NCBI RefSeq assembly: GCF_009914755.1
Contig: NC_060927.1
Direction: 5' to 3' (one strand)
Length of the DNA: 64,000 bases
Source of the DNA: the human T2T-CHM13v2.0 reference genome, Homo sapiens
Under the pieces are notes generated by a model. That model ran no database searches. It worked only from the letters and a program-made list of their open reading frames with translations, and was not told the origin of the DNA. Both the position numbers and the translations under genes were made by a program. The first letter of the stretch is position 1, and each line of letters opens with the position of its first letter. Positions 15,593 through 30,704 of the stretch are shown here, in pieces.

Positions 15593-16429
15593 TAAATTAT
15601 TTGGAATTCTTAAGCATGGAAAATTTGTCTCTCCTCTCTCATTAATTAATTAATTTATGTAACCTTTTATTTATATCATTAAGACCCCCTAGATATTTAT
15701 GTTTTCCTATAGGTTATAATCCATCACTTCTCTATTTTACTGTTCAAATTGTTCCTTTTTTTTTTTTCTACCTGAAGCTCCTTTAGTCGCATCCTATGCC
15801 TCTTTGACATTCTCATGTTATTGTGTGATGATGTTTCTTTGGCGGGGAGGATTCCTTATGTTTTAGGCACTACGAGATGCTCCAGGCGCATGTTGTATAT
15901 TTCCTGCATAAGTCTTAGAATCAGCCATTTCTCTAAAGACCCTGGTTCCTTTCATTTGAGAGTGGAATTATAAAACAAGATTTAGGTTGTCGGTGTAGTC
16001 ATCGCCATTGGATATTTATTTCTTTTAGGCCCTTTCAGCTGAGACGGTAAAAAAATTAAATGTGTCCATACTAGCCTGTGTATGTTTGCATATCTATAAA
16101 TATTTCTGTATGTAAACATCTGTATCTATATTAAGCTACATATGAATTCTTGTCAATGTCTCCAACAATAATCCATGACTATATGGATCATTGCAGCCTA
16201 CTCCTTTTGCTTATGTGTGAATTTCCACTCCAATATTGAGAACCGTAGCTCCCACAACCTGCCACTCATTTATTTACTTAAGTCTGCTATTCTGGTATAA
16301 CTGTATATCAGTAACAGAATTGTCAACCATTGTCCCTGTGGAAAACAACTGATCCTCTATACTATAGGGCTTACGTGCTATTCCTGCTGTCTCTGTTCTT
16401 ATAGACTCCATTTTTTCCCAGATTAATGA

Positions 16430-17330
16430 GGTTTTGGTACAGTCTTTTTCCCTTCAGAGAAGGACTTTGTTATGGAAAATGCTCTGAGTATATTTTTAAA
16501 TGGTTCCCCTACTGCTGCCAGAGACATAATGGTATTTTTTCTTGGCCCTTCACCTTGACAACCTAATGAGACTCACTAAGATAAGATCCACAAAGTTCAA
16601 AGTTTGAGGCCCTCAGGGTTTTTTTTCATTCTCAAAAAATGTCCACACTCGCCTCCAGTAACTTTTAAAAATTGCCATTTAAGTCTTCAAACCACATAAG
16701 TTGTTTTTGGTAAGCAGATCTCAGTTGTCAATCTCCCTGTCCTCCTGTGTGGAGACAACAGTGACTCCATCTTGGTGGCCATTCTGCCATGTTGAGGTTT
16801 GACTAGCCCCAGTCCTATGAATGCCTCTTGGTTTCTGCTTTATTTACTGCCCCTAGTGTAAGAACAAAACAACCTTGATGTTATTGCACAAATTATAGGC
16901 TATGATATTTATAGTGTTCTTGCCTATACTGAAGGGTTGCCTTTAGTTGTCTTGCTAGAGCACGTATACCCTTTATTTATGGCATATAAGCCTCGATTCT
17001 GTGGAGTAACAATGCAGAGATCTACATGTCTTGCAGCCACTCAAGACCACGTTTCTGTCTGGAAGTTCCCTCATTAAATCACCCAACCCCACAAACTGGA
17101 TTTGTCTACTCTCTTATTTGGTTTCTAGCTTCTTGGCATTTGGGAGTTGCTTTGCATATATGGCTCTTTCATAGGAAAACCTGTCACTCCAGATTTTGGG
17201 GTAGCAGTTTGGCAGTCTGATGGGCCAAGAACTACAGTTGATTTTCAGTTTTTTTACTTTTCTTGTTTGATAGGATAGAAGGGATGACTCTATTTTCTGA
17301 CTTTACATTTTGAAGCTGAAACTAGAAGTT
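16430..17330 (-). mobile_element. Old L1M 5'-region fragment, split by LTR47
   Basis: Minus strand 'acttctagtttcagcttc...atgtaaag...agtcatccc...actgaaaatcaac' resembles L1M 5' ends. Confidence 0.4.
16748..17179 (+). mobile_element. LTR47A-like solo LTR (ERVL)
   Basis: Starts 'tgtggagacaacagtgactccatcttgg' and ends 'ttgcatatatggctctttcataggaa'; TATA-like 'atataag' at ~16984; 'cctg' on both flanks. Confidence 0.75.
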
Positions 17331-19355
17331 CTTTATGCAATTTTAAGGAAGCACCTATTCTAAGTAGACTCTCCTGACTAATCCAAGCAATCATCTCTTG
17401 GAAAAAAAGCCATCTGAAGAGTACTATGAATTCAATTATTATATGGACTCATCGGCCATCAACCCAGGCCAAAATTAGGGTCATTGATTTTACATGTAAT
17501 AATATTGTGATGCCACTGGGAGACACACTAACAAAATGAGTAAAAACTAAAAGAAATAGAGAAGACTGGGAAAAAATAAAATACATGCCAGTCTGCCAAC
17601 TTTTAGTAAAGAAACTCATAGTCTTACACATCATTATGTAGCTCCACAGAGTGATTCATATATTTCCATAAGTTAGAATAACTGAGGTGTGTAATTATAA
17701 GCTCAAATTATAAAAATAAAAATGACAAAACTATTCCTAGTACATTAAATGTAATTAAGCAAAAGTCTGTCTAATACATTTAGAACAACCGCCCTACGTG
17801 ATACACCTAACACTTAAAAATGGCACTTCAGTTAGTCAACATCTTTTGCGTGGAAAACCACTCATATAGAACACCTCAATCCACCATGGTTTTGAGTGGG
17901 TGAACTATTTCTGCATGTTTTATTTATGACTGAGGTGGTACAATAGGTAATTGTAACAATCAACAGTCATATTAAAAATATTTTTCTTACTTAGGCAATG
18001 TTATTAGAGATGAATCTCCATCAAATATCTTGGGCATATGTTATATATCAATTTAAAATTTGTTAATAGTCTCTTATTTCCTCTCACCAAGAGTGAAAAC
18101 AAGAGAACTAAAATATTTCCTGATGGTAAGTTTTCTTTTAGACACATGAAAAACTATTTTATTGTCAGAGACAGAATCATCTTTTACTCCTGTTTTTCAA
18201 GAGTGACTGAAAAACAAATTTTTGCATTGCAATGTATCTTATAAGTATTTGCTTAAAAACAATTTGGAAGGATTAACTCACTCTTTTCCTGGGAAGGCAC
18301 TTCTAATAGGTACTAGCAGTGCTTTATGAAGCTGATTATGTATTCTCACTGGAAGAATCTTATGACTGACTAATGGTTCTCAGTGACCAATAATTGATCA
18401 AAAGATTCGTACAAATTGCATGCCAATGAGGCATTTTAGTATAGCAGACACAATTTACAGAGCTTATTATAGTTCAACTTTATGCTTCTTTGCCTTAAAG
18501 TCTGCCTGTTCTACTTCAGGGTCTAAGAAAACGAGTGATATTATCAAAATCATACTTTCGAGAGTTGGTTCGTAATGCTGCTGGGTGTGTTAGATTAGAG
18601 TGGCAGAAGCTGTTGCTAGAGAAGTCAGAAAGGAAATACTTTACAGACATTTACATTCAGGTTGAGTTTGGCTGGATGAGAGTTCTGGTATGGCCAAAGC
18701 CGTGCAGAATAATGGCAGTTATGTGAAAAGTTAAGGAGAAAGTTTTAAGAGTTGGAGACACTGAAAATCAAAGGAAAGAAAATAGTATTTACTTACTTTC
18801 TTATAGAGTAGAAATAGCATTGATTCTGAGTTTGGGGAAGTTTTTTGCCAGAATAAATAAGTTATTGTCTGTCTGAATTAGAGAACACAAATATTTTCTA
18901 ATATAATGACTGCTTCAGGATGGAGAGATATTGTATATATAATAAGATGTCCAGCTGAACTTGTGTGTATGTTGTCCAGTAATTGCAATTAAAGTCCAAT
19001 GCTGAGGACAAATGTCTTAAAAGGCTCTCATTCCAAAGAAGCTACCAGCAGTTGGCATCAGCCACTCTCTCACATGGCTTATTGAGACGTAATAGAAACA
19101 GTGCTATTATTAAGTGAACCCATAAGCCTCTTCCTAGGAAAAGAGAAAAAAAGTAAAGTGTGGTTGGTTATTGGAGATGTTGATATTATACAAAGTATAA
19201 TATTTTTTCCTTTGTGTAAATTTTTTAATGCAGAACCAAGTAAAAGAGGGTCCCAGAATGTCATTTGCAGAAATTAGAAAGGCTTAGAGAAATGACGATA
19301 GTATGGTTGTCAGAAAAAATAGAAAAAAGTCGAGTTAAATATCAATTTCAGATAA

Positions 19356-19661
<306 letters not shown>

Positions 19662-20056
19662 TAACTAAATTTTTATATTACAAACATGTCCTCTGCAATA
19701 TTTGAGATGACATTATAATAAAATACAGTTATTCAGCTGAAATTAACATTGAAATGGAAAGTCTGAGTTTTTATTGGCTACACAGGGCAAGCTAGGCATC
19801 TTTTTTCCTGGCTCAGTAGTTGCTGAGTGATAGCACATTTAGTTTTATTCTGTTGCTACCACCTGCCTCAAGCATAATGAGGGGGTTTTAAAAAATGTAC
19901 TCTAGAAGGCTGAATGTATGTGCTACACAGTTAAGATATCTCAATGAACCAGTTCCATGCTTTAGAGATTTTTGTTATCAGGTAAATTGTCTTGGTATAT
20001 AAAAAAAACCAAAAAGTATGCCTGCCAAAAGATTTCAAAGAGTAGCAGAAACTCAG

Positions 20057-20230
20057 AGCAGGACTCCTCAAACACAATGCACAAAAGAATCAGCTGAGGA
20101 TCTTGGGAACAAGAAGAATTTGACTCAGAAAGCCTGGAGTGAGGCCTGAAATTCTACATTTCTAATAAGCTCCATGTTAATGTCAAGGTCAAAGCCCCAC
20201 TTCTTACACTTTGAGAAGGAATGCACTTGA
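20057..20230. mobile_element. MER5-type hAT-Charlie MITE
   Basis: 'gaatcagctgaggatcttg...tgactcagaaagcctggagtgaggcctgaaattctacatttctaataagctcc...acactttgag' resembles MER5A/B. Confidence 0.6.
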
Positions 20231-20429
20231 GCATTCTGAAAGTTGAGTCAGTCCACGATCTGACTCTCAAAATCTCAGGTCCTTAAACTTGGTCTTCACA
20301 ATGTGGTCAGAGATTTTGCTGATCTAGAAGTATAAACCTAAATTTAATCAATCATATAAAACTAGTGAAAGAGTCCAGAGAGCTGTTCCATAGGTCACCT
20401 GTTTTCTCTATATTAAAGCCTAACACAGT

Positions 20430-21320
<891 letters not shown>

Positions 21321-22959
21321 TTTTTGTAAGGAAGAATGATTAAATGAAAAGCTACTTGACAGTTAAATAAGGGAGAATGGAGGTGGGAAGTCATAAAATA
21401 TATTTAATCCACGAAGTAGTAAAATCTAACAAAGCATCCCTGTACCTTATTATATTTCTAGGAACCTGATTGTTTGTTCCACTGGAGTCAACTTTTTTTT
21501 TTTTATTAATGAGTGCTAGAAATTCCCTTCCAAATATTTTTTTTCTTTTTTATTCTCCTTGATGGTTATTTCCATTTTGTTAAATCAACATTTTTAAAGT
21601 TAGCACCACATATTTAGCCGTGGTTTGGAAGAATTCCATAATTTTCTGATGGGTACACAATTATTTGATGTTATCCAATATTTGCTGATGTTATGATTCA
21701 CATTCTCAGAAATGTAGGGACTTGTCGGTCTCAAATAAAATATTTTGTTATGCATACAGTGTCTGAAAAGATGGGATATTTAAAAGAACAAATGGTAAAA
21801 CTGGAAGCCATAGAACTATTATTTTTATAATACTCACAATTATTGTAGAGATGGGAGAAAACAATAGTAAGAGTCTGGAGTAGACAGAGACAATCAATCC
21901 ATATAGCAAATTCTGTGTCATCCTATTTTGATTAAACCATATGTAGAATTCTATTAATTCCAATTATTTGGAATATCTGACATTTAAAACACAAGAAAAA
22001 GAGCTAGATGAGAACAATATTGGTTAAAAAAATTGAGGAAATAGGGATGAAACACAGATTTTCATAAGACAGGGAAAGTGAGGGTTAAAGGAAGACTGAT
22101 ATTAATTGAATAAAAATTTATCAAGCACATACTATGTCCCAGGTATATGATGTGGAGTGTATTAATAAGATAGCTAAAATAAAATTTTTTAAAATATTAA
22201 AAATATGGAAGTACCACAATATAAAAATAAAGTCTCTATGATCCTAAATTCTATGACAAGGAAATAATATGTGACATTTTAACTATTTTCCCCAAATAAT
22301 TTTATGCATTTTTGTAATTAAATATTTTAAATAATTGATTTTACTATATATCCATCAATATTCTCTTTACTAAACTGTTTGTTAATTTTTATTATGCACC
22401 CAAAGCAACAATAAAATTTTCACTAAAGCTTTAGCAATAAAATTACCTGAAAAGATTAAAATGCTTTCCATGATACTTTTAAAACTCAAGGTAAGCTCTA
22501 CTATGTATTTATACATTACTTAAAATTTAAAGGATAGACTTGAGATCAAATTAGTGTTATTATTATTCCAATTTTGCCAATAAATGTGTGCTCATCTCTA
22601 AAAAAATACTCTATTGAATAATTTCCTAATGGTCTATAATACAGACACTTGGTCTTCTAGTGAACAATTTGAAATGTGGAGTCATGTGTTAAAAATTGCA
22701 TATTTTCTTCTTAAATTTTGAAACAACAGAAGTTACCATTATGTTGGAAAAATCAATATTCCATTCTACTCAAGTGAATTAATCTTTTGTATTTGTAATT
22801 ATTGAATCATATATAATAATTTTATATTTGTGATATAAAATGTTAATATTGTAATATCTGTAATATATTAATGTTAATATGTAACATATGTGATGTTTGT
22901 AATATCATGAGGAACTTTGTGGCTCCATATAATGTTCTAAAGAACTGATTATTACCCTT

Positions 22960-23620
22960 TGTGCTACAGATGTCAAAACAAGTTATTTGCCTGGACTAGA
23001 TTTCAATATCTGATCCACAATTCTTGTTTTACAATAGAAAGATATATCTTAAAGTCATCAGCTGCCACCTCTTCACTTCCAGCCACAGCCAACTGGAGTA
23101 GAGGAGAAAAACTGATCCAAGAGCTAGCCATCTCCTTGCTACTTAACAAGTAAAGATATGGTGAATCAATCAGATTTGCTTATCCAGAGACTCAAATTCA
23201 AAATCTAAGGAAGAATTGCCCAGTTAGAAGCATAAAGAGAAAATAAAATACATAGAGACATAATTGGTTAGACAGTGATACGGAATGACCCTAATAGTGG
23301 GAAAGCAGGGTCTGTGATCCAGCAGAGCAAGTCAATTCATGGTGTGTAAATGAAGCAGACATGTACATTGTAATGACTATCATATTATTAATTAAGGACT
23401 AGAGCAACAATCAGTAAATCTCTCCATCTAGAGTTGCTTGAGCCAGTGTGACTCTAGAACCACCGTCTTGTTCCACGTTTTCTTTGGTCTACCCCATTAT
23501 ATATCCTATTTTATAAATATTCACAAAAGTAAGTACTCTCACAGACTGGCATGTCATTATAATATTATCCTCCTACTTGATTTAGTGTGTGTCTTCTCTT
23601 TGAAACCAAAATAGTTTTGT
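22960..23620 (+). mobile_element. Possible ancient ERVL-type LTR (LTR33/LTR16-like)
   Basis: 'ccacagccaactgg...ctgatccaag...caatcagatt' and an end resembling 'ttctctttgaaaccaaaa'; highly degenerate. Confidence 0.3.
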
Positions 23621-23641
23621 TTAACCTATCCCTTTAAATAT

Positions 23642-24136
23642 TGCAGTTGGCCAAATGATGCCCCTCTCCAAAAAAAAAAAATATATATATATATATATGT
23701 TGAGGCAAACTATGGAAACTATTCAATGTGAACTTATTTGGATAAAGTGTCTTTGAAAATGTAATTACGTTAAAGGTCTTGAGATGAGGTTATCATGCAT
23801 TATCCTGGTTGGTCTCCAAATCCATTGACAAGTATTTTTTCTAGAGACAGAAGATAAAACATAGACACAGGGGAGATGAAAGATGGTGAAGATCTTTCCA
23901 TCACACAGGTGAAGATGGAAGATACTGAAGTGGTGCAGGTATAAGAAAAATTTGGAGCCACTGGAAACTGGAAGGTACAAGGAATAATTCCTTCCTAAAG
24001 CATTCGGAGGGACTGCAGCTTTGCTGACAATATAAGTTTTGGACCTGGAACTTCTGGAATTGTAAGAGAATAAATTTCTGTCATGAGCCAATGAAATTGT
24101 GATAGTTTGTTACAGCAGCTCTAGAAGACTAATACA
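23642..24136 (+). mobile_element. MLT1C-like MaLR solo LTR
   Basis: 'gtctttgaaaatgtaattacgttaaaggtcttgagatgagg...gagaataaatttctg...tttgttacagcagctctagaagactaataca'. Confidence 0.8.
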
Positions 24137-24619
24137 AACACCTCCACAAGAAGTTAAGGCAGAAATTTTTATTAAATATGTTTTAAATATATAAACATTG
24201 TTTCTATTTCCTCAAATAGAATATTGTGGATATAATTTAGACTATCTTTTTAAAACTCTGAATAGACTTTATAAACTTTAGCTTTATATTTCGCAATGAC
24301 AGTGATGTTTTCTGTGACCATAAATGTGTATAGAGCTATTTGTTACTAACAGCAAATAGCCTTAAGTGCTAAGTCATTTGGAATTGGTACTGCTTCTTTA
24401 CAACATTTTTTAGTCTATTCATCTATTATGTAATTGTCAACATTTTATTTTTCACTTGTTAAACAGTATTCTAACATAAAATTTTAACATTGGAATTTAT
24501 TATTTATATTAATGCCTATATTTTATAGAAATGCAGTACTTTCCAAAATTATTGCAGGTGGTAATACAGATATTTTAAAGTTATTGTTTAATTTTATTGT
24601 GTGTTTGAGGAGGCATTAA

Positions 24620-24795
24620 ACATTAAGTTTTGGCTATAAGACTTTGAAAGTTATTTAGCATTTCTACCTCAGTTTCTTTATTTGTAAAATGGGAATATGG
24701 TTATATACATCAAAGAGTTGTGAAAATTAAATGAATTAACAACTATAAGCATTTAGATCAGTGCGGTTTTATATTATCATGTATTATTATTGTTC
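24620..24795 (+). mobile_element. MIR SINE
   Basis: 'cctcagtttctttatttgtaaaatgggaat...gttgtgaaaattaaatga' is the MIR core. Confidence 0.75.
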
Positions 24796-25359
24796 AACCA
24801 GTGAAACTTACTATTAGCTGTCAATTGTTACTAATTTTAATTTTGTATGCTAAGCTGTACTTCCCTTTTCTAAAAAAATTTACTTGCTTATGATCTATTC
24901 ATTGAAAATAAAATAATTATGTTTCTTCTATGTATATTTTAAATATGATATGTAGTTTCAGATTAATGACCCAATGAGGAGGAGATTTTCCTTTAGTGGC
25001 CTATATTTTAGGACTTGCTTAGTACATGGTTTTCTTTCTGAGTCATTTCATTGTTATATGGCTTTCTGAGTCATAGCCTAACAAAACTAGTTAATTTCCC
25101 TAACATCTTCCCTATGATATGTAATCTTAGACAAAAGCATCACTAGACTGTTTCTTCTCCAAACTAAAACTGCAGAATTTACTTTCAACTCCTGTTTGTC
25201 CCTCAAAATGATATCCAACCTGTTACCAATTATTTCATTTCCAGCTTCAAACCCCATACATCTAAATTCATTCCTACTTCTGCTTTCATTATACTTTCTG
25301 TAGGATGAGATATAGAAATAGCCATCTAACTGGTTTATTACTCATTTGCCTTCTCTAAA

Positions 25360-25405
25360 GTGAGTGCGTGTGTGTGCATGTGTGTGTGTGTGTGTGTTTG
25401 TGTGT
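25360..25405. repeat. Imperfect (TG)n microsatellite
   Basis: Directly visible. Confidence 0.9.
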
Positions 25406-25990
25406 ATGAGACTAAACAGAAACAATGTAGATATATTCCTCATATTCATGCATGATACATTTATACAGATGGCAACTCTTGCCATATTCCAAATCTATTT
25501 TTCCATAAGGGTTTTCATGCCTGGATTCTCTAAAACCTAACAGTGAACAACCACGATGACACAATAAAGATTATGTAAATCACCCTTCACTCTTTTCAAC
25601 TTTTATTTAAAGTAATATTACAGCCACTAGCATCAATCAAGTTCCTGCTACAGGACTGGGTCAAGTGTTGGAGGAGAGAAGACCTTTTTTTTTCTTTTTA
25701 GATATTATATGCTTAGAATTCTTTCCTACATTAAAATTATATTACATATAATGACAATCACCTAGAATTTCTATAATTGAACAACAATTTGGATAAAATA
25801 GGCTTTGATGGAAAGAATACACTTTAAGAAGAATTTTTAATATTATTTCTGAATTGATACAGTTCATACAGATACAATATTACTTCGAATAATAAAGAAG
25901 TGGCTAGTCTCAAGTGATAAAGAGAATATATTTCAAAAATTTATTTCTGTATCATTTATATATTCATTAACTGCATATGTATATGTATAG

Positions 25991-25993
<3 letters not shown>

Positions 25994-26034
<41 letters not shown>
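25994..26034. repeat. Perfect (AC)20 microsatellite
   Basis: Directly visible. Confidence 0.97.
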
Positions 26035-26037
<3 letters not shown>

Positions 26038-27229
26038 GTAGTTTGGAATACATATCCCTGTCAGATAATTTGTTCATTCTTGACCTCCTCTGGCACCGAG
26101 GTGAATTTTAGCAAAATAGTCATCAACATTCTATCATGAAAGACTACTAGATTTAGCAAGATAAATCTCACTGTCTTTGGGCAGTCACTCTAAAGGATGT
26201 AATTTTTTACAGGTACTTACCCAAACTGGCTGAAGCAGGACGGACGACGATCCCGTAAGGGTAGAGGATTAGCACATGTGGCAGAATAGGAGCATCAACA
26301 AACAGAAATGTCCAGGGCTCCATGTGATGCTCTCTCTATGTACTAAGAGGTATATTTTATCATGTTCTGAACTTCCTCACAGCTAGGCACTTCTTTTTCT
26401 TGGCTCTCACCCTTTCAGGTAGAGTGAATACCTTTGGCAATTACACCCAAATAGCTTTAGCCACAAAACGCAAGAGGGATATATTCTGTCATTAGGTACC
26501 CTTCTATAATGTTGAGAGAAAATAGGAATGATGGAGTTATCAGGAAATGAGCTTGTGCTTCAGGATCCATCAAGCTGGGCCACCAGACACCAGACACAAC
26601 AGTATCAATTCATGCGTGTTCTCTAAAATTGCTCCAACAAATTACCACCTGACAACTCAAAGCCTGACCCCTGGAGCCTGGGATCACAACAAAGATAAAT
26701 GAAGAACAAATAAGAGTGTTTTTGTTAGTATGAAAGACTGAATTAAATGAAAAAGCCACCCTTCCATTTCAACCACACAGAACTGGTAGGGGGAAAATAT
26801 GCTACTACTGCACCAGGAAAACACTGCAGATATTTAAAAAAACACATTTTACCAATATCCATAAAAATAAATTAAAGTTCCAGCTGAAAGAAACAAAACG
26901 TTAACTCCAAGTCAGAGCAGTGGGGGAGAATTGACATCAAAGGCACACAGAAGCTGATAATAATTTAACTATGATCTCAATGTTTACAGGTAAATGGAAG
27001 TTCAGAAGGCATTTGCATATGCTCAGAGAGTGGAAAGAGAGGTCCTTGCATAAAACTGGAAACTGGGAAAGGTTGTGGATATAGAAAAACGGCATGATCG
27101 AGCCTTGGGAAATATAGAAGTATGCCACCTGGCTGGGTCACGAAAAGAAAAAGCTTGTTACTGGAAATTTGACCCACATAACTATGCTCTTTGTAATAAA
27201 GAATTTGAATTTTAAATTCTTGGTTGTCA

Positions 27230-27940
27230 TAGAGCCTCATGCCCTGGCTCACATGTTTTTGGCCCCAGTTTTTACTACCAGGGCCATTGTGCTAGTTGTG
27301 TGCAGGTGCAACTTGACTGCACCTGGCCCCAGCTATGTTTTATGCCTCTTGCTTTCGGCTCTAAGATTTGTCTATTTGAGACACCTGTGAAAACCTACTC
27401 ACACATTCTAAGTCATTCATAAGCCTCAAAACTCAAGGGAATTGACATCATTAGGGGGTGGCCATTGGCCAAGTGAGAGAAAAAGCTAGTGGATAAATAT
27501 TATTCTTTTGTGTTTCTTGCAAACAAGGTTGACAGATTTAGCAAATACAAATACCAAACACCCAGTTCAATTAGAACTTTAGATAAAAATGAAATTTTGC
27601 TATAACCATTATTCCATGCAATGTTGTGATCTACTTACATTAAAATTGCTGTTGCTTATCTGAAGGTCTAATTTAAAAGTATATTCTATATTTTATCTGC
27701 CAATGCTACTTGAATGAACATTTCTGTGGCACATTCTGAATAACTCCTCAGGGTGTCCTCAATGAAGAAGAGTCCCAGTTGTCCATAGCAATGGCCAATT
27801 TGATAAAACATCTTTTAATTGTCTTCTCTCATTTCTTGCATTATGCTGCTCAGTTTCTTAATTCAGCTTCTAGGGATCAGTTCTCAAAATAAAGTAACAA
27901 CACACACAGAGTGTGTTTTCTTTAAGAGTAACCATAAAAA
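27230..27940 (+). mobile_element. LTR16-like ERVL LTR, split by MER53
   Basis: 'cccagttgtccatagcaatgg...gcttctagggatcagttctcaaaataaa' resembles the LTR16 3' half; 5' edge uncertain. Confidence 0.5.
27524..27708. mobile_element. MER53 palindromic hAT MITE
   Basis: Ends 'caaggttgacagatttagcaaata' and 'tattttatctgccaatgcta'; internal inverted symmetry; degenerate 8-bp TSD cttgcaaa/cttgaatg. Confidence 0.8.
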
Positions 27941-28273
27941 GTAACCATAGAGAGGTCACCCTCCGGATGGAATTCTGGGGCTAGACTGCTCATTAAGAAA
28001 TAGTAATTAGGATTCCTTTGCTGGTGGGAAGTGAATTGGTGATAATTCTTAGCATTAAATGGTAGCAGAACTATTAAGATTTTCAGATATGATGGATTAG
28101 GATGAAGTGTCCATGGAAGGTGAGGTACTGAGTTATTCAATAACTCTTCACGGATTGCATAGTTCATTTTTATTAATGAATTGTAAGACTTGAACATAAA
28201 AAAAATATATATATATATAGGCCAAATATTAAAGAATGCTGTGAAGGATATTTGTCTTTATGTCTCTGTTTAT

Positions 28274-28957
<684 letters not shown>

Positions 28958-29246
28958 TTTATGCTGCTGTTTATGATGTAAAGCAGTAGTCGAATTTCAT
29001 GTTATTTTATAAGGAGAACAAATTTTTATCATTATTATTTATTTACAAATGTAATTCCCTCACTGGGTTGCAGTGTCACCATTATCATATATTGTGCACA
29101 TATATGCGTTGGTTTGTATCTTATATTTTAATCTATTTTGTTATTTTTGTTTTTCTCTGAACCAAATCCATGCTATTTTAGTTATTATTGCTTAAAAATA
29201 GATATTTTATCCAGTTAGGAAAGTAAGTGTTTCCATGTTACTATTT

Positions 29247-29304
29247 GTATTAGTCATGGCTCTCTAAAGGAACAGAACTAATAAGATATATACATATTAG
29301 ATAA

Positions 29305-29353
<49 letters not shown>

Positions 29354-29478
29354 TTCATTAAGGAGTATTGACTCACATGATCACAAGGTGAAGTCCCACA
29401 ATAGACCATCTGCAAGCTGAGGAGCAAGGAAGCCAGTCTGAGTCCCCAAACCTCAAAAGTGGGGAAGTCGACGGTGCA
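29247..29478 (-). mobile_element. MLT2A LTR (HERVL), truncated, containing (AT)22
   Basis: 'tgtattagtc...gaacagaactaata...gatcacaaggtgaagtcccacaatag...cctcaaaagt'; the match stops abruptly at ~29478. Confidence 0.85.
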
Positions 29479-29810
29479 CCCCTGCACATAGCAAGTATGA
29501 TGTTTTCTTTAAGTTTTCCATAGATACTATCCAGCAGATGATTTTACCTTTCAATTTGTTTATGGATATTTATCTTAAACATGCTGTTTACCTAACCCTT
29601 TTCAGATGTTATCAATGTTATTTGCTTTTTAAAATCTGCTAATTTATTGAATAATAGGAATTATTTTTCTAATTTAAATAACTTTGAAATCAATATTTCT
29701 AAAATATTAAATGTCTTAGTCCAAACTTAGAAATAAATATTATTTTACAATAATTTACGCTCATATTTTCTAAGTGTAATCATAAAATTGTTTGAAATCT
29801 TCTTTTGTAT

Positions 29811-30012
29811 TTTTGTCTCAGGAGATTTATTGCACCCGAAGGTGCTTGCTTTTCCTTGTGCAGGGAAGGTGAGAAGAGCAGGGAAATGGTTGTTTCAATA
29901 GCAACCCCCAACTTGCACTTTTTCCTGCAGTTTCCCCAGGTCGCTAGCGAACTACATTCACCCAAATCTTCACCTTGTGATCTGCTTAACAGAAACACCA
30001 ACTAAAATGTGA
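29811..30012 (-). other. Unidentified ~200-bp GC-richer insert, possible retroposed 3' RNA fragment
   Basis: 11/12 direct repeat ctt(c/g)ttttgtat at 29799 and 30013. Minus-strand AATAAA (29826-29831) lies 11 nt before a short A tract. Confidence 0.4.
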
Positions 30013-30354
30013 CTTGTTTTGTATAATTTTTTAGAAGTTCATTTCATTACCCTCCCACATTTTGTTTTTAAGTTTTGCATTCTATTTTTATTACTTCATT
30101 GTTCCCTAGAAACTATAATATGCAGACTTCAGTACTTAATAATTAATTTGTACTTCTTTCCTGGAATGTACATACATTAGAAACACACAATTTGTATCCC
30201 TTACTAACTCAGCTGTCACTATTGCATTGTATTTTAATTCCTTCTTCTTTTTCATATTGTTTCTTAGACTATGTATTTAGCACTATGTTTTCAGGATCCA
30301 GCCATGTTACGTTTAATTGCTGTTGACACTCCACAGTGTGCATTAGCACATTCT

Positions 30355-30700
30355 TACAGTTTTGTTGATATGTAATTGACAGAAAATAAAAGACACATAA
30401 TTAAGCATTGAGTTTTGACATTTTCATGCATACGTGGAATTATCACCACAATTAAGATAGTGAACTTAGCCATCACCCCCAAACGTTTCTGTAAGGCCAT
30501 GTATGATTTCTCCTTCTCACCTCTTCCTTCCTCCCTATCTTCAGGAGATACACACTTCCTGTCCCTACAGATTACTTTCTTCTCTAGAGTTTACACAAAT
30601 GAAATAATTTGTATGTACTTTTTTATGCCTGGATTCTTCCACTAACCATAATTATTTGAGATTCATCAATATCGGTGCATATGTAAGCAGTTCATTCATT
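30355..30700 (-). mobile_element. Old L1M (L1MB/ME-like) 3' fragment
   Basis: 'tgatatgtaattgacagaaaataaa...catcacccccaaacgtttc...tttgagattcatc'. Confidence 0.6.
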
Positions 30701-30704
30701 TTTT

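Noticed and set aside
18500-18730. Exon-like segment after 'ctacttcag' with a 63-aa ORF
   Set aside because: Weak donor site and no recognisable homology; not supportable without expression data.
22826-22910. Degenerate 'tgtaatat' repeats
   Set aside because: Low-complexity AT-rich slippage with no fixed period or spacers.
27600-27650. miR-1302 gene
   Set aside because: The segment corresponding to the mature miRNA is too diverged to call.
29832-29845. GCACC-TTCG-GGTGC as a bacterial terminator or a U1 snRNA fragment
   Set aside because: Only a 5-bp stem, no U-tract, and the surrounding sequence does not align collinearly with U1. Retained only as a property of the orphan insert.
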